Positions 1-10,392 of a stretch of 42,607 nucleotides of DNA are shown here, in pieces (position 1 is the stretch's first letter; every line of letters starts with the position of its first letter). The position numbers and the translations under genes were made by a program. The stretch is from contig CAIMWD010000043.1 in NCBI GenBank assembly GCA_903845085.1, positions 1-42,607 on the forward strand, read 5' to 3'. The notes under the pieces are model-generated. The model did no database searches, was not told where the DNA came from, and saw nothing but the letters and a program-made list of their open reading frames with translations. Origin of the DNA: an uncultured Acidimicrobiaceae bacterium (GTDB lineage: Bacteria; Actinomycetota; Acidimicrobiia; Acidimicrobiales; Bog-793).

Positions 1-7
1 CAACGAT

Positions 8-53
8 CTCTCTTCCTCTCTCTCTCCCTCTCTCTCTCTCTCTCGCTGTCTCT
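8..53. repeat. Polypyrimidine (CT)n-like microsatellite
   Basis: Read directly: ctctcttcctctctctctccctctctctctctctctcgctgtctct. It is almost pure C/T on the + strand and (GA)n on the - strand. It lies downstream of the ATP-grasp stop, close to the window edge. Confidence 0.9.
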
Positions 54-179
54 AGAATGGCTAATCAAGCGTTTTCTTGTTGCTGTTTCCGTTGAAGGTA
101 AGATGGGAGGCGGACGCCATGGCCACGACGTTCGAGTCGGACCTATCGATATCGACTTTTCCGAAGAGCAGCATGCAAA

Positions 180-1880
<1,701 letters not shown>

Positions 1881-1933
1881 CAGAGGGATCGTTCGGTCAC
1901 TATCTGGGGTGTAATGGAGGGTCGAGGGTTAGC

Positions 1934-2338
1934 ATGAGGTTCGTGAGCGCCTCCGGTGATGCCTTCGACCTCGATCTCGCCCTCGCCGCGCTCGATGCCG
2001 ACGCCGGTGATCACCAGATGATGTTTCGACTCCTCGTGGAGCGTCTCTCTGCGGTTTTGGGCCCGCGACTACGGGTGGAGCGGGGTAGTCTCCTCAAGCG
2101 GAACGGCCCCATTCGCCGCCTCGAGATCTCGCTGGGCGCCTCCGAACTGATCGCCGAACTCGGCGAGGTCACTCCCCGCTTCTCGATCGCTAGGGTCTCT
2201 GGGGGGATCAAGATCCGTACCGAACCAAGTGATGCTGCGAGTTGGCTCCGCCTTCTTCTCGAGTCGCTGAATGAAGAGGCACAGCACAGCGCAACCGTGC
2301 GACAGGCACTCGAAGCGATAATTATCGGAGGAAACTGA
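1934..2338 (+). CDS. Small soluble hypothetical protein (134 aa), first gene of the YbjQ cassette
   Basis: ATG at 1934 follows GGAGG at 1916-1920. The stop overlaps the next start (TGATG at 2336-2340). No TM segment and no recognisable family. An alternative upstream start exists at 1874. Confidence 0.6.
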   Translation: MRFVSASGDAFDLDLALAALDADAGDHQMMFRLLVERLSAVLGPRLRVERGSLLKRNGPIRRLEISLGASELIAELGEVTPRFSIARVSGGIKIRTEPSDAASWLRLLLESLNEEAQHSATVRQALEAIIIGGN

Positions 2339-3147
2339 TGGCTCCAGGAGCAAATGAACCAGCTGACGACCTTCCCAAAGATGCGCATCACCGGCTCGAA
2401 GAGCTCGAACACGGTCTCTTCACCTCTGACCTATCGGTAAATGAGTTTCTTCTCGTCAAAGATGCCGGATTCCATCCACTCGGCTTTGTCATGGGCTCGT
2501 CGATCTACCACATCGGTCTCCAGACCAGGAAGTGGAGCCAGAGTCAGGAGCTCGACAAACTCACGAGCGCGATGTACTCCGCACGTGAGCTGGCGGTCAC
2601 ACGTATGGAGGAAGAGGCGATGGAGCTCGGTGCCGACGGCGTCGTCGGTGTCCGACTGGACGTCAATTACTACGAGTTTGGTGCCGACACCGCTGAGTTC
2701 ATCGCGATGGGCACCGCGATCAAGGCCGAGGATGGTCGCTCCTACCGTAACGCCGAGGGCAAACCGTTCACCTCTGACCTCTCGGGTCAGGCATTTTGGA
2801 CGCTGCGGAGGGTCGGCCATCTTCCGCTGGGTCTCGTGATGGGTACCTGCGTGTACCACATCGCCCATCGTGGGATCGGCCAGACGATGGGCTCGGTCGG
2901 TAAGAACCTGGAGCTTCCCAACTACACCCAGGCGCTCTATGACGCCCGTGAACTTGCCATGACACGGATGCAAGATGAGGCAAACCGCCTCGGAGCCTCG
3001 GGCATCGTTGAGGTGAAACTCATCGAGAAGTCCCACATGTGGGGAAGCCATACGATCGAGTTTCTCGCGCTCGGCACCGCGGTGACAAAGGAGGAGGGGG
3101 CGCCTCCGCTCCCCCAGATTCAGTCGACGATCTCGCTCGACAACTGA
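2338..3147 (+). CDS. Tandem double-domain YbjQ/UPF0145 (DUF74, putative heavy-metal-binding domain) protein, paralog 1
   Basis: Two modules. Each starts with FTSDLS followed by G(F/H)xPLG(F/L)VMG. Each ends with a YbjQ-like core: ARELAVTRMEEEAMELGADGVVGVRLDV...AMGTAIK and ARELAMTRMQDEANRLGASGIVEVKL...ALGTAV. Confidence 0.8.
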   Translation: MAPGANEPADDLPKDAHHRLEELEHGLFTSDLSVNEFLLVKDAGFHPLGFVMGSSIYHIGLQTRKWSQSQELDKLTSAMYSARELAVTRMEEEAMELGADGVVGVRLDVNYYEFGADTAEFIAMGTAIKAEDGRSYRNAEGKPFTSDLSGQAFWTLRRVGHLPLGLVMGTCVYHIAHRGIGQTMGSVGKNLELPNYTQALYDARELAMTRMQDEANRLGASGIVEVKLIEKSHMWGSHTIEFLALGTAVTKEEGAPPLPQIQSTISLDN

Positions 3148-3149
3148 CC

Positions 3150-4043
3150 ATGACGAACGCCACCGCCGCATCGGCTCCCATCGCAGCCGGAGCGTGGACC
3201 TCTGGGCTTTCCACCGCAGAGTTTGCTGCCACGCTCGAGGCCGGCCTCACCCCGCTGGGTTTCGTCCAGGGCTGCTCCGTCGTGAACTGGAATTTCTACG
3301 GGTTTGGCCTGAACTCTCTCGGTCTTGGCGGTGGACAGCTCTCGGGATACAGCGAGCAGTACAGCTGCCCGCACGGCATCGTCTCAAACGAGCACCGTAG
3401 GTACGGACTCAACTACGAGAAGACTTGGCTTGAGCGCGCCTATAAGAGCTCCTTCGCCGCTGCAAAGGAGCGACTCGTCAATGAGGCGCGTGCTATGGGG
3501 GCCTGCGGCGTCATCGATATCGTCGAGCGAACCGAGTATCACAGCGAATCAGGTGCCTTTGAGTTCACGCTGAATGGCACCGCGGTGGGTCTCTCTGGAG
3601 TCGCACCACCCTCGACCCCCTTCACCACCTATCTCGCCGGACAGCGCTTTAACCGTCTCATCGAGGCAGGCTTTGTTCCCGTTGAGATCACGCTCGCGAT
3701 CAGTGCAATAGGTGTCTACTCCTCCTGTGTCACGGAGTACCAACTCCGCGGCGCGGGAGCGACGGGACTCGGATTTGGGCAGATGTCCTACGGTGCGATT
3801 CCCGCCGGAGAGATCACGCAGATCACCAATGCGGAGATCGCTGCACGTTCACTGGTACGCGAACAGCTTCGACCGCAGCTCCACGGCGACATCCTGCACG
3901 GTGCGTTGCTAAAAGTTCGATCCCATGAGAGCGCCGAGGGTCCGCAGATAGAGGCGATCCTGCAGGGGACTCGTGTGCGTCAGTACCGAGATTTCGCCCC
4001 GATCGCTCCTCCCCGACCGGTGATCAGGTTGGTCGACCGATGA
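3150..4043 (+). CDS. Divergent tandem double-domain YbjQ-like protein, paralog 2
   Basis: ATG at 3150 lies 2 nt after the previous stop, so the longer ORF from 3039 was rejected. Module starts are WTSGLSTAEF...GLTPLGFVQG and FTTYLAGQRF...GFVPVE. Core: KERLVNEARAMGACGVIDIV...LNGTAVG. A long Gly/aromatic/Cys insert sits in module 1. Confidence 0.7.
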   Translation: MTNATAASAPIAAGAWTSGLSTAEFAATLEAGLTPLGFVQGCSVVNWNFYGFGLNSLGLGGGQLSGYSEQYSCPHGIVSNEHRRYGLNYEKTWLERAYKSSFAAAKERLVNEARAMGACGVIDIVERTEYHSESGAFEFTLNGTAVGLSGVAPPSTPFTTYLAGQRFNRLIEAGFVPVEITLAISAIGVYSSCVTEYQLRGAGATGLGFGQMSYGAIPAGEITQITNAEIAARSLVREQLRPQLHGDILHGALLKVRSHESAEGPQIEAILQGTRVRQYRDFAPIAPPRPVIRLVDR

Positions 4044-4888
4044 ACGAGGGGTTACCGAAGGATCTCCGCGCAGCGATAACCGCGCTTGGCGCTACCGGCG
4101 CCGCATCGACGACAGCTCGATCGATCACCTCCGACCTCTCGATCGATGAGACGCTCCTCCTGCACCAGATGGGTTTTGGCCCGGCCGATCTCGTTACCGG
4201 TTTCTCCATCGTCGCTATTCCCTACGGCACCTTCCTCAATCAATACGGACAGAGCGAACCGGTAGATCTGCCCGGTGCAACGAACGCCACCCTCGCCGCC
4301 TTTACCAACGCCATCGAACGGATGCGAGATGAGTGCCAACGGGCGGGAGGAATCGGTGTCGTGGGCGTAGAGGTGAAGGTGGAGGTGGCCGGTTCCTCGG
4401 TGTCGGTTGCGCTCTCTGGGACGGCGATCAATCCACTGGCGAGTGGCCAACGCCGTACCAAAGCAAGTCCCTTTGTCACCGACCTCTCCGTCCGTGACTA
4501 CGCCCTGCTGACCCGTGCAGGGTGGGGGCCGCTCGAGTTGGTCATCGGTGCAGGGTTCGTCGCCGCGCCACCACAACGTCTCGGTCAAGTGATGAGTCAG
4601 GCACGACAGAACGTCGAACTTCCCAATATCACTCTCGCGCTCCAACGGGCACGCGAGCAGGGGATGGAGCGGATGCAACAGGGCGCGATCGCGCACCACG
4701 CAGCCGGTGTTGTCGATGTGACCATCATCGATGGACCACTGGGGCACTCACATCATGTCTGCGCCTTCATCTGTTTTGGCACTGCAATCGAACTGATCGC
4801 TGAGCGACACCAGCTAATTGAGCCCCAGCTCATCCTCCCCCTCGACGACAGCTTTGACTTCGAGGCGACAGCGCTTCGGGGCGATTGA
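4040..4888 (+). CDS. Tandem double-domain YbjQ-like protein, paralog 3
   Basis: ATGA start/stop overlap at 4040-4043. Module starts are ITSDLSIDETLLL...GFGPADLVTG and FVTDLSVRDYALL...GWGPLELVIG. Cores: IERMRDECQRAGGIGVVGVEVKV...LSGTAI and MERMQQGAIAHHAAGVVDV...CFGTAI. Confidence 0.75.
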   Translation: MNEGLPKDLRAAITALGATGAASTTARSITSDLSIDETLLLHQMGFGPADLVTGFSIVAIPYGTFLNQYGQSEPVDLPGATNATLAAFTNAIERMRDECQRAGGIGVVGVEVKVEVAGSSVSVALSGTAINPLASGQRRTKASPFVTDLSVRDYALLTRAGWGPLELVIGAGFVAAPPQRLGQVMSQARQNVELPNITLALQRAREQGMERMQQGAIAHHAAGVVDVTIIDGPLGHSHHVCAFICFGTAIELIAERHQLIEPQLILPLDDSFDFEATALRGD

Positions 4889-5023
4889 GTCAATCTCACC
4901 GGTGAGGTACCGCTCGGGTGCCACGAGCGGATCTACAGACATGACAGCGGAGACCGCCTGCGATAGACCGTTGGCGGGGATCTGACACCGTGGGGGTGTT
5001 GGCAAGCGAGGGGGAGTTGCACG

Positions 5024-6118
5024 ATGGCAGAACTTGGCCGAACACCGGTGATCGATGCGGATGCACACGTCATCGAGTCCGAACGGACATGGGACTATCT
5101 GGAGCCAGCGGAGGCAAAATATCGTCCCCAGATCATTGAGTCCACCACCGACCCAAACACTCGCTATTGGTTGATCAACGGCAAGATCGCCGGCCTTCGC
5201 ACCGCGGCGACCTCCGACGCGGCATTTCAGCGCACCTCGGAGCGTTCACTTCGCAACGTCGCGGCAAGCGCAGCGGCGCGCAAGATGGAGGATATCGATC
5301 TCCGACTCGCGCATATGAGCGAGCTGGGTATCGACATCGAGGTTTTGCACCACAGCCTATGGATCGAGCAGGTCACCAACCGACCCGACATTGAGGTAGC
5401 GCTCTGTCGCTCCTGGAACCGTTGGCTCGCAGATATCTGGCGCGAGGGCAAGGGCCGGCTGCGTTGGACCTGTGTTCTGCCCACACTCGATCTCGAGGCC
5501 GCCAAAGAGGAGCTGCGCTTCGCGAAGGCAAACGGCTGCGTCGGCATCTGCATGCAGCCCTACATCGGTGATCTCATGATGCTCGATCCCTACTACTACC
5601 CGCTGTATGCGCTCGCGGAGGAGCTCGATCTACCCATCATCATCCATATCGCCAACGGCAACCCTGACTTTGTCGACATCGTACGAACCCGCTATCAGCG
5701 CAGCGCGGGTTTCTCCGCCTTCCGTATGCCGACCGTTCTGTCGTGTTTTGAGCTCCTCCAGAGTGAGGTTCCCGCGACCTTTCCCCGACTGCGATGGGGG
5801 TTTGTCGAAACCTCTGCACAGTGGGTGCCCTGGCTGTTGCACGAAGTTGCCCGTCGCAGCGGGGCGAAATTCACCCCCACCGAAAACCCATTTGTCGAGA
5901 AGAACATCTACGTCACCGTGCAAACCGACGATGACCATGACTATCTCATCAAGAAGATCGGTGAGGATCGGCTCGTCATCGGAACCGACTACGGGCACGC
6001 CGACACCTCAAGTGAGCTTGATGCAATCGGGATCTTTCGGCGCGGCGACCTTCTGGAGGAGCAGAAGCAGAAGATCCTCGCAACGAATCCGGCACGTCTG
6101 TACGCCATCACCAACTGA
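5024..6118 (+). CDS. Amidohydrolase-2 family metal-dependent hydrolase (PF04909-like)
   Basis: N-terminal VIDADAHVIE metal-binding motif, internal HIANG, C-terminal GTDYGHAD. A purine-rich RBS (gagggggag) lies upstream of the ATG at 5024. Confidence 0.8.
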   Translation: MAELGRTPVIDADAHVIESERTWDYLEPAEAKYRPQIIESTTDPNTRYWLINGKIAGLRTAATSDAAFQRTSERSLRNVAASAAARKMEDIDLRLAHMSELGIDIEVLHHSLWIEQVTNRPDIEVALCRSWNRWLADIWREGKGRLRWTCVLPTLDLEAAKEELRFAKANGCVGICMQPYIGDLMMLDPYYYPLYALAEELDLPIIIHIANGNPDFVDIVRTRYQRSAGFSAFRMPTVLSCFELLQSEVPATFPRLRWGFVETSAQWVPWLLHEVARRSGAKFTPTENPFVEKNIYVTVQTDDDHDYLIKKIGEDRLVIGTDYGHADTSSELDAIGIFRRGDLLEEQKQKILATNPARLYAITN

Positions 6119-6145
6119 ACGAACTCAAACCGAAGGAGTAGCAAG

Positions 6146-6937
6146 ATGGGAACCTCACTCACCCCCGCCGAGGGACAGCGACTCATAGGCAAGGTAGCCC
6201 TGATCACCGGAGGCGCCCACGGCATCGGCCGTGCCTACTGCGAGCGATTTGCTGCGGAGGGGGCGCGGGTAGCGGTCACCGACCTCGATGCGGAGGGCGC
6301 GACACTCGTCGCAAAGGGCATCGTTGCGAGTGGAGGCGAGGCGATTGGACTCGGGCTTGACGTGACCGATGAGATGGTGATCGCCGCCGCAGTGGCCGAG
6401 ATCGACACCAAGTTTGGAGGCATCGACATCTTGATCAATAACGCCGCGATGTTCTCCGTGGTTGCGATGTCGCGCGACCGCTTCGACGAGTTGAGCGTCG
6501 CCGAGTGGGACAAGATGATGGAGGTCAATGTAAAGGGACCGTGGCTCATGGCGCGCGGTGTCGTTCCGGTGATGCGTCGCGGCGGTGGTGGCAAGATCAT
6601 CAATATCTCCTCCGGTACCGCGCTCAAGGGAACTCCCACGCAGATTCACTACGTCACCTCCAAGGCGGCAACGCTCGGATTTACGAAGAATCTCGCGCGC
6701 GAGCTGGGTCGTGACGGCATCTGCGTGAATGCGATCGCACCGGGCAGCACCCTCTCCGAGGAGGAGCCCGATGATGCGATTATCAAGATGCGAAGTGGCA
6801 ATATCCCACTTCGCGCGATCGGACGGATCGAGGCTCCAGAGGACCTTGTCGGGACAGCGGTATTCCTTGCGAGCGCAGACAGTGATTTTGTCACTGGACA
6901 GACGATCGTCGTCGACGGAGGAACGGTGATGCACTGA
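6146..6937 (+). CDS. Short-chain dehydrogenase/reductase (FabG-like SDR)
   Basis: GKVALITGGAHGIGRA Rossmann motif, NNAA, S...YVTSKAA catalytic motif, PG...T. AAGGAG RBS upstream. Confidence 0.9.
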   Translation: MGTSLTPAEGQRLIGKVALITGGAHGIGRAYCERFAAEGARVAVTDLDAEGATLVAKGIVASGGEAIGLGLDVTDEMVIAAAVAEIDTKFGGIDILINNAAMFSVVAMSRDRFDELSVAEWDKMMEVNVKGPWLMARGVVPVMRRGGGGKIINISSGTALKGTPTQIHYVTSKAATLGFTKNLARELGRDGICVNAIAPGSTLSEEEPDDAIIKMRSGNIPLRAIGRIEAPEDLVGTAVFLASADSDFVTGQTIVVDGGTVMH

Positions 6938-7003
6938 GCCGCTCGCACGAGATCGGTCGCTCGGCGCTCATTCCGCAGCTCTTTACCCACCGGTGAGACC
7001 TCT

Positions 7004-8551
7004 GTGAGCAGACCTACGACCACTACGCTCAACCGCGTGAGCCGCCACCCACATCGAACGTCCGTGGCGCGATCGTTTGAGCGACTCCGAGCTCACCCAG
7101 CGCTCGCCCTCTCGCATCTTCTCGTCGCTGGCCTCGTCATCTTCGTTGCCACCTGGCGACTTGGCGTCGCAGATGCCGCACCCGACGAATACACCTATCG
7201 CACCTGTGCTCGCGAGTATCTCTCGGGGGTATTTACCTGTAACCGCGAGCATCCACCACTGGTCAAGGAGATCCTGGCGCTCGGGATCTCCCTCGGTCAC
7301 GCGACCCTCGCCGATGCCCGACTCATCACCGCCCTTGCTGCGATCGCTACGGCATTCTTTTGCTATCTCTTTGTCACCGACGTCACCGATCGTGTCGGAG
7401 GGCTCTTTGCTGCGGCGCTTTGGGGACTCCTCCCTCAGCTGGGACGTGAGGGATCGAGCTCCCTAGAGGTGATCCGTATCGATCGATACGCGCTGATCGA
7501 TCCCTTCCTCGCGGCGCTCTTTGCCATGGCGCTCGCTCTCACCTGGCGCTACATCAGCCGTGGTGGTAGAGGTTACGCGCTCGTAACTGGCGCTGCACTC
7601 ATGCTGTTGCCGCTCGCGAAGGCACCGGGCGCTGCGATCGCCGTCGTCTTGGGTTGCTTTGCCCTCGGTGCGCGCCGGAGGGAGGAGGCGCGTTTGATCA
7701 CCCCTCTCTTCCTCCTCATTGGGGCACTCGTCGTCTTTGCCAGTGTTTACGCACCACTGGGTATTCACGGCACAGAGCAGCAGCTCTCCTACATGTTGCA
7801 CTTCAAATTCAATCGTGCGGTCGTCGTCGCCGGCCACCTCTATCAGCGAACACCGTGGTGGGCCGATCTCAGCTTCGCGGCGGCCGGTATCGGACTTGCA
7901 CCTCTGATTGTGCTTGGATGCTTCGGCCTCTCCGGACTCTTGCGACGTACCCTCCCCGTGGCAATGGCGCTGAGTAGCGCGCTCGCGCTTATGCTCTTCG
8001 TGGCGTTCGGTGTGCACCTCTCCTCGCCCACCTACTACGTCGAGTGGGAGCCGGGTCTCATCGTCGGTGGTGCAATCGGGCTCCGCAGCCTCACCATTGC
8101 GCCACCGATCAAGCTTCCTCTGATCTCCGTGCCGTTACTTCTCGGCGCGGTCATTATCCTGTGCACCGCGATGGTCACCGATCTCGTCGACCTCACGGCG
8201 ATCTCACCGGGTCCCTATGCGACGAGTGCAGCAAAGATGCACTGCACCACACCCTGCGTCGTGGACTATGTCGCCTATAACAACATCCCGGTGAGCTACA
8301 CGGAGGCGACGATGACGCTCCTCCTCGAGCCGCCGGTGGGTCATCGGCAACTACGTCATAACCCCCGCTATGTCGCGATCGACCCCGCTCTCTTTTTGAT
8401 ACATCCTGGGTGGCGAAAGATCGTGAACCGTTTCATTGCGCATGCGGCCTCCCTTGGCTATCAAAGGGTCACCACGGGGACACGCATTGAATTATTTACT
8501 CAGCTTGGCTCATCTCACACCGCCGCTACTCCCACCACATCTGGCCCTTAG
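7004..8551 (+). CDS. Polytopic membrane glycosyltransferase, GT39/PMT_2-like (phospholipid carrier-dependent)
   Basis: About 12 hydrophobic segments. The first loop carries a DE...Y...EHPPLVK motif typical of PMT/ArnT-type GT-C enzymes. The GTG start at 7004 is unverified. Confidence 0.6.
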   Translation: MSRPTTTTLNRVSRHPHRTSVARSFERLRAHPALALSHLLVAGLVIFVATWRLGVADAAPDEYTYRTCAREYLSGVFTCNREHPPLVKEILALGISLGHATLADARLITALAAIATAFFCYLFVTDVTDRVGGLFAAALWGLLPQLGREGSSSLEVIRIDRYALIDPFLAALFAMALALTWRYISRGGRGYALVTGAALMLLPLAKAPGAAIAVVLGCFALGARRREEARLITPLFLLIGALVVFASVYAPLGIHGTEQQLSYMLHFKFNRAVVVAGHLYQRTPWWADLSFAAAGIGLAPLIVLGCFGLSGLLRRTLPVAMALSSALALMLFVAFGVHLSSPTYYVEWEPGLIVGGAIGLRSLTIAPPIKLPLISVPLLLGAVIILCTAMVTDLVDLTAISPGPYATSAAKMHCTTPCVVDYVAYNNIPVSYTEATMTLLLEPPVGHRQLRHNPRYVAIDPALFLIHPGWRKIVNRFIAHAASLGYQRVTTGTRIELFTQLGSSHTAATPTTSGP

Positions 8552-9330
8552 CGCTGCCGCGGTCGACGCCGTGGCACGACGATGATCCCTCCCACACCAT
8601 CATCAACAACCTCGACCGCGGCACCAAAGTGCTTCCTGATCCGATCGGGTGTCAGCACCTCTGCGACCGCTCCCTCCACCACGACGCGACCTCGATCGAT
8701 CAGGGTAAGTCGATCGCAGAATTGGCCGGCGACCGTGAGATCATGCATCGCACAGATGACGGTGAGTCCCCGCTCGTGTCGAAGCTCGTCGGTGAGTTCA
8801 AGAACCTGCTCCTGGTGACCAAGATCGAGACCCGTGGTCGGTTCGTCGAGCACCAGCACAGAGGCCTCCTGAACGAGCGCACGACCGAGGACCGCCCGCT
8901 GGGCCTCGCCACCGGAGATCTCCGAGAGCGTCCGGTCGCGCAGATGAGCAAGCTCCAATCGACAAAGTACCTCCTCGACAACCTGCAGGTCCCGGGGACC
9001 CTCCGTCGCAAAGAGTGAGAGATGTGGTGTGCGACCCAGCATCACATAGTCACAGACGCGCATCATCGGGGGGAGCTCCGGTCGCTGAGGTACGTAAGCG
9101 ATCATCCGCGCGCTCTCGCGACGATCGTGGTGGATATCACCGCGCCCCTCAATCTCCACTACCCCTGCGTAGGGGATCGTGCCGACGATCGCCCGCAAGA
9201 TAGTCGACTTACCCGCGCCGTTAGGGCCGATAATGCCGAGCCACCCTCCCCGATCTATACCCGTGGTAACCGCCTCGGTGACGACCCTTCCCGAAAGCGA
9301 CACGGTGAGATCGCGCACCCGCACACTCAT
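8548..9330 (-). CDS. ABC transporter ATP-binding protein (FecE/BtuD type)
   Basis: Walker A GPNGAGKST, signature LSGGEAQR, Walker B VLVLDEPT, H-loop AMHDL. The start overlaps the permease stop. Confidence 0.92.
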   Translation of the reverse strand: MSVRVRDLTVSLSGRVVTEAVTTGIDRGGWLGIIGPNGAGKSTILRAIVGTIPYAGVVEIEGRGDIHHDRRESARMIAYVPQRPELPPMMRVCDYVMLGRTPHLSLFATEGPRDLQVVEEVLCRLELAHLRDRTLSEISGGEAQRAVLGRALVQEASVLVLDEPTTGLDLGHQEQVLELTDELRHERGLTVICAMHDLTVAGQFCDRLTLIDRGRVVVEGAVAEVLTPDRIRKHFGAAVEVVDDGVGGIIVVPRRRPRQR

Positions 9331-10388
9331 CGGCTGCCTCCCGCACGCCGCAACACCATAAGGAAGAAGGGCGCGCCAAAGAACGCGGTGATCACGCCGA
9401 GGGGGATCTCCGCGGGCGCAGCGATCGTGCGAGCGAGAAGGTCAGCGAGCACCAAAAAGGCTGCACCAAAGAGCACTGACAGCGGAAGGATCCGACGATA
9501 GGAGGACCCAACGACGAGTCGAAGCGTGTGCGGGATGATGATGCCAACAAAGCCGATGAGACCACTCATCGAGACCGCTGCCGCGGTGCCGAGTGTCGCA
9601 AAGATCACCGTGACGAGCCTCACACGGTGTGCTCGGATACCCAAACTGTCCGCCTCCTCATCGCCAACACTCATCACATCGAGCACCCGCCGGTAGGCCA
9701 CGAGCACCCCGGCGCTGATCACGACGTAGGGCGCGACGATCTCTACCTGTTGCCAGCTCGCGGTCGTGAGTCCGCCGAGGATCCAGGCGTAGGTCTGTTG
9801 CAGGTTCTGGGTATTGCGCTGCTGGGCAAAGGTCTGGACGGCGGTAAAGAAGGCCGCCACGGCAACACCCGCGAGCACCAATGTTGCAGTCGCGCGATAG
9901 CGACCACCGGAACGACCGAGGAGAAAGGTCACGATCGCAGCAACGAGACCGCCAGCGAAGGCGGCGAGAGGAACGGGACTGACCGGCCAGGAGGTCGTCC
10001 GTGGAAAGAGCTCTATTGCCAGTGTGGCGCCGAGTCCTGCCCCCGCCGCAACGCCGAGCAGATAGGGATCGGCAAGGGGGTTTTGAAAGACTCCCTGATA
10101 GGTCGCGCCGGCCACTGCGAGCATGGCGCCGACCAAGGCGCCAAGCACGATCCGCGGCATTCGGATCTGCCAGACGACCTGTTGATCGGTAACACTGAGC
10201 GTTGAGTGCACATGTAGCAGCGGGAGTTTCTCTAACAGCGTGGAGATCACGCCGCCGAGGGGAAGATCAGCAGGTCCGATCAGCGCGGCGAGGGTCATAA
10301 CCCCGACGAGGAAGAGCACACCGACGAGAAGTTGCCACGGTTGACAGCTGCTCGGTACTCCCCTCTCGCGCGCCGATCGGACCCACAT
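9327..10388 (-). CDS. FecCD/BtuC-family ABC permease
   Basis: Hydrophobic throughout, with the family-typical end GVITAFFGAPFFLMVL. Start set to the ATG at 10388, 5 nt after the upstream binding-protein stop. The longer ORF to 10481 overlaps that gene. Confidence 0.88.
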   Translation of the reverse strand: MWVRSARERGVPSSCQPWQLLVGVLFLVGVMTLAALIGPADLPLGGVISTLLEKLPLLHVHSTLSVTDQQVVWQIRMPRIVLGALVGAMLAVAGATYQGVFQNPLADPYLLGVAAGAGLGATLAIELFPRTTSWPVSPVPLAAFAGGLVAAIVTFLLGRSGGRYRATATLVLAGVAVAAFFTAVQTFAQQRNTQNLQQTYAWILGGLTTASWQQVEIVAPYVVISAGVLVAYRRVLDVMSVGDEEADSLGIRAHRVRLVTVIFATLGTAAAVSMSGLIGFVGIIIPHTLRLVVGSSYRRILPLSVLFGAAFLVLADLLARTIAAPAEIPLGVITAFFGAPFFLMVLRRAGGSR

Positions 10389-10392
10389 TGGA

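Noticed and set aside
3039-3149. 5' extensions of track ORFs (3039 for YbjQ paralog 2, 18684 for the membrane protein, 29064 for panB, 10481 for the permease, 27843 for rpsF, 18822 for the NTF2-like gene, 14129 for gpmI, 38782 for degV)
   Set aside because: The extensions overlap the preceding gene or lack an RBS. Internal starts have good Shine-Dalgarno sequences or stop/start coupling, and they reproduce family-typical N-termini.
4910-4930. Hairpin CCGCTCG-N7-CGAGCGG after the YbjQ cassette as a terminator
   Set aside because: The stem is only 7 bp and no U-tract follows. The evidence is not enough to call a terminator.
8548-8551. 4-nt overlap of convergent stop codons (TTAG) between the GT39-like gene and the ABC ATPase
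   Set aside because: This is a trivial consequence of tight packing, with no functional implication I can support.
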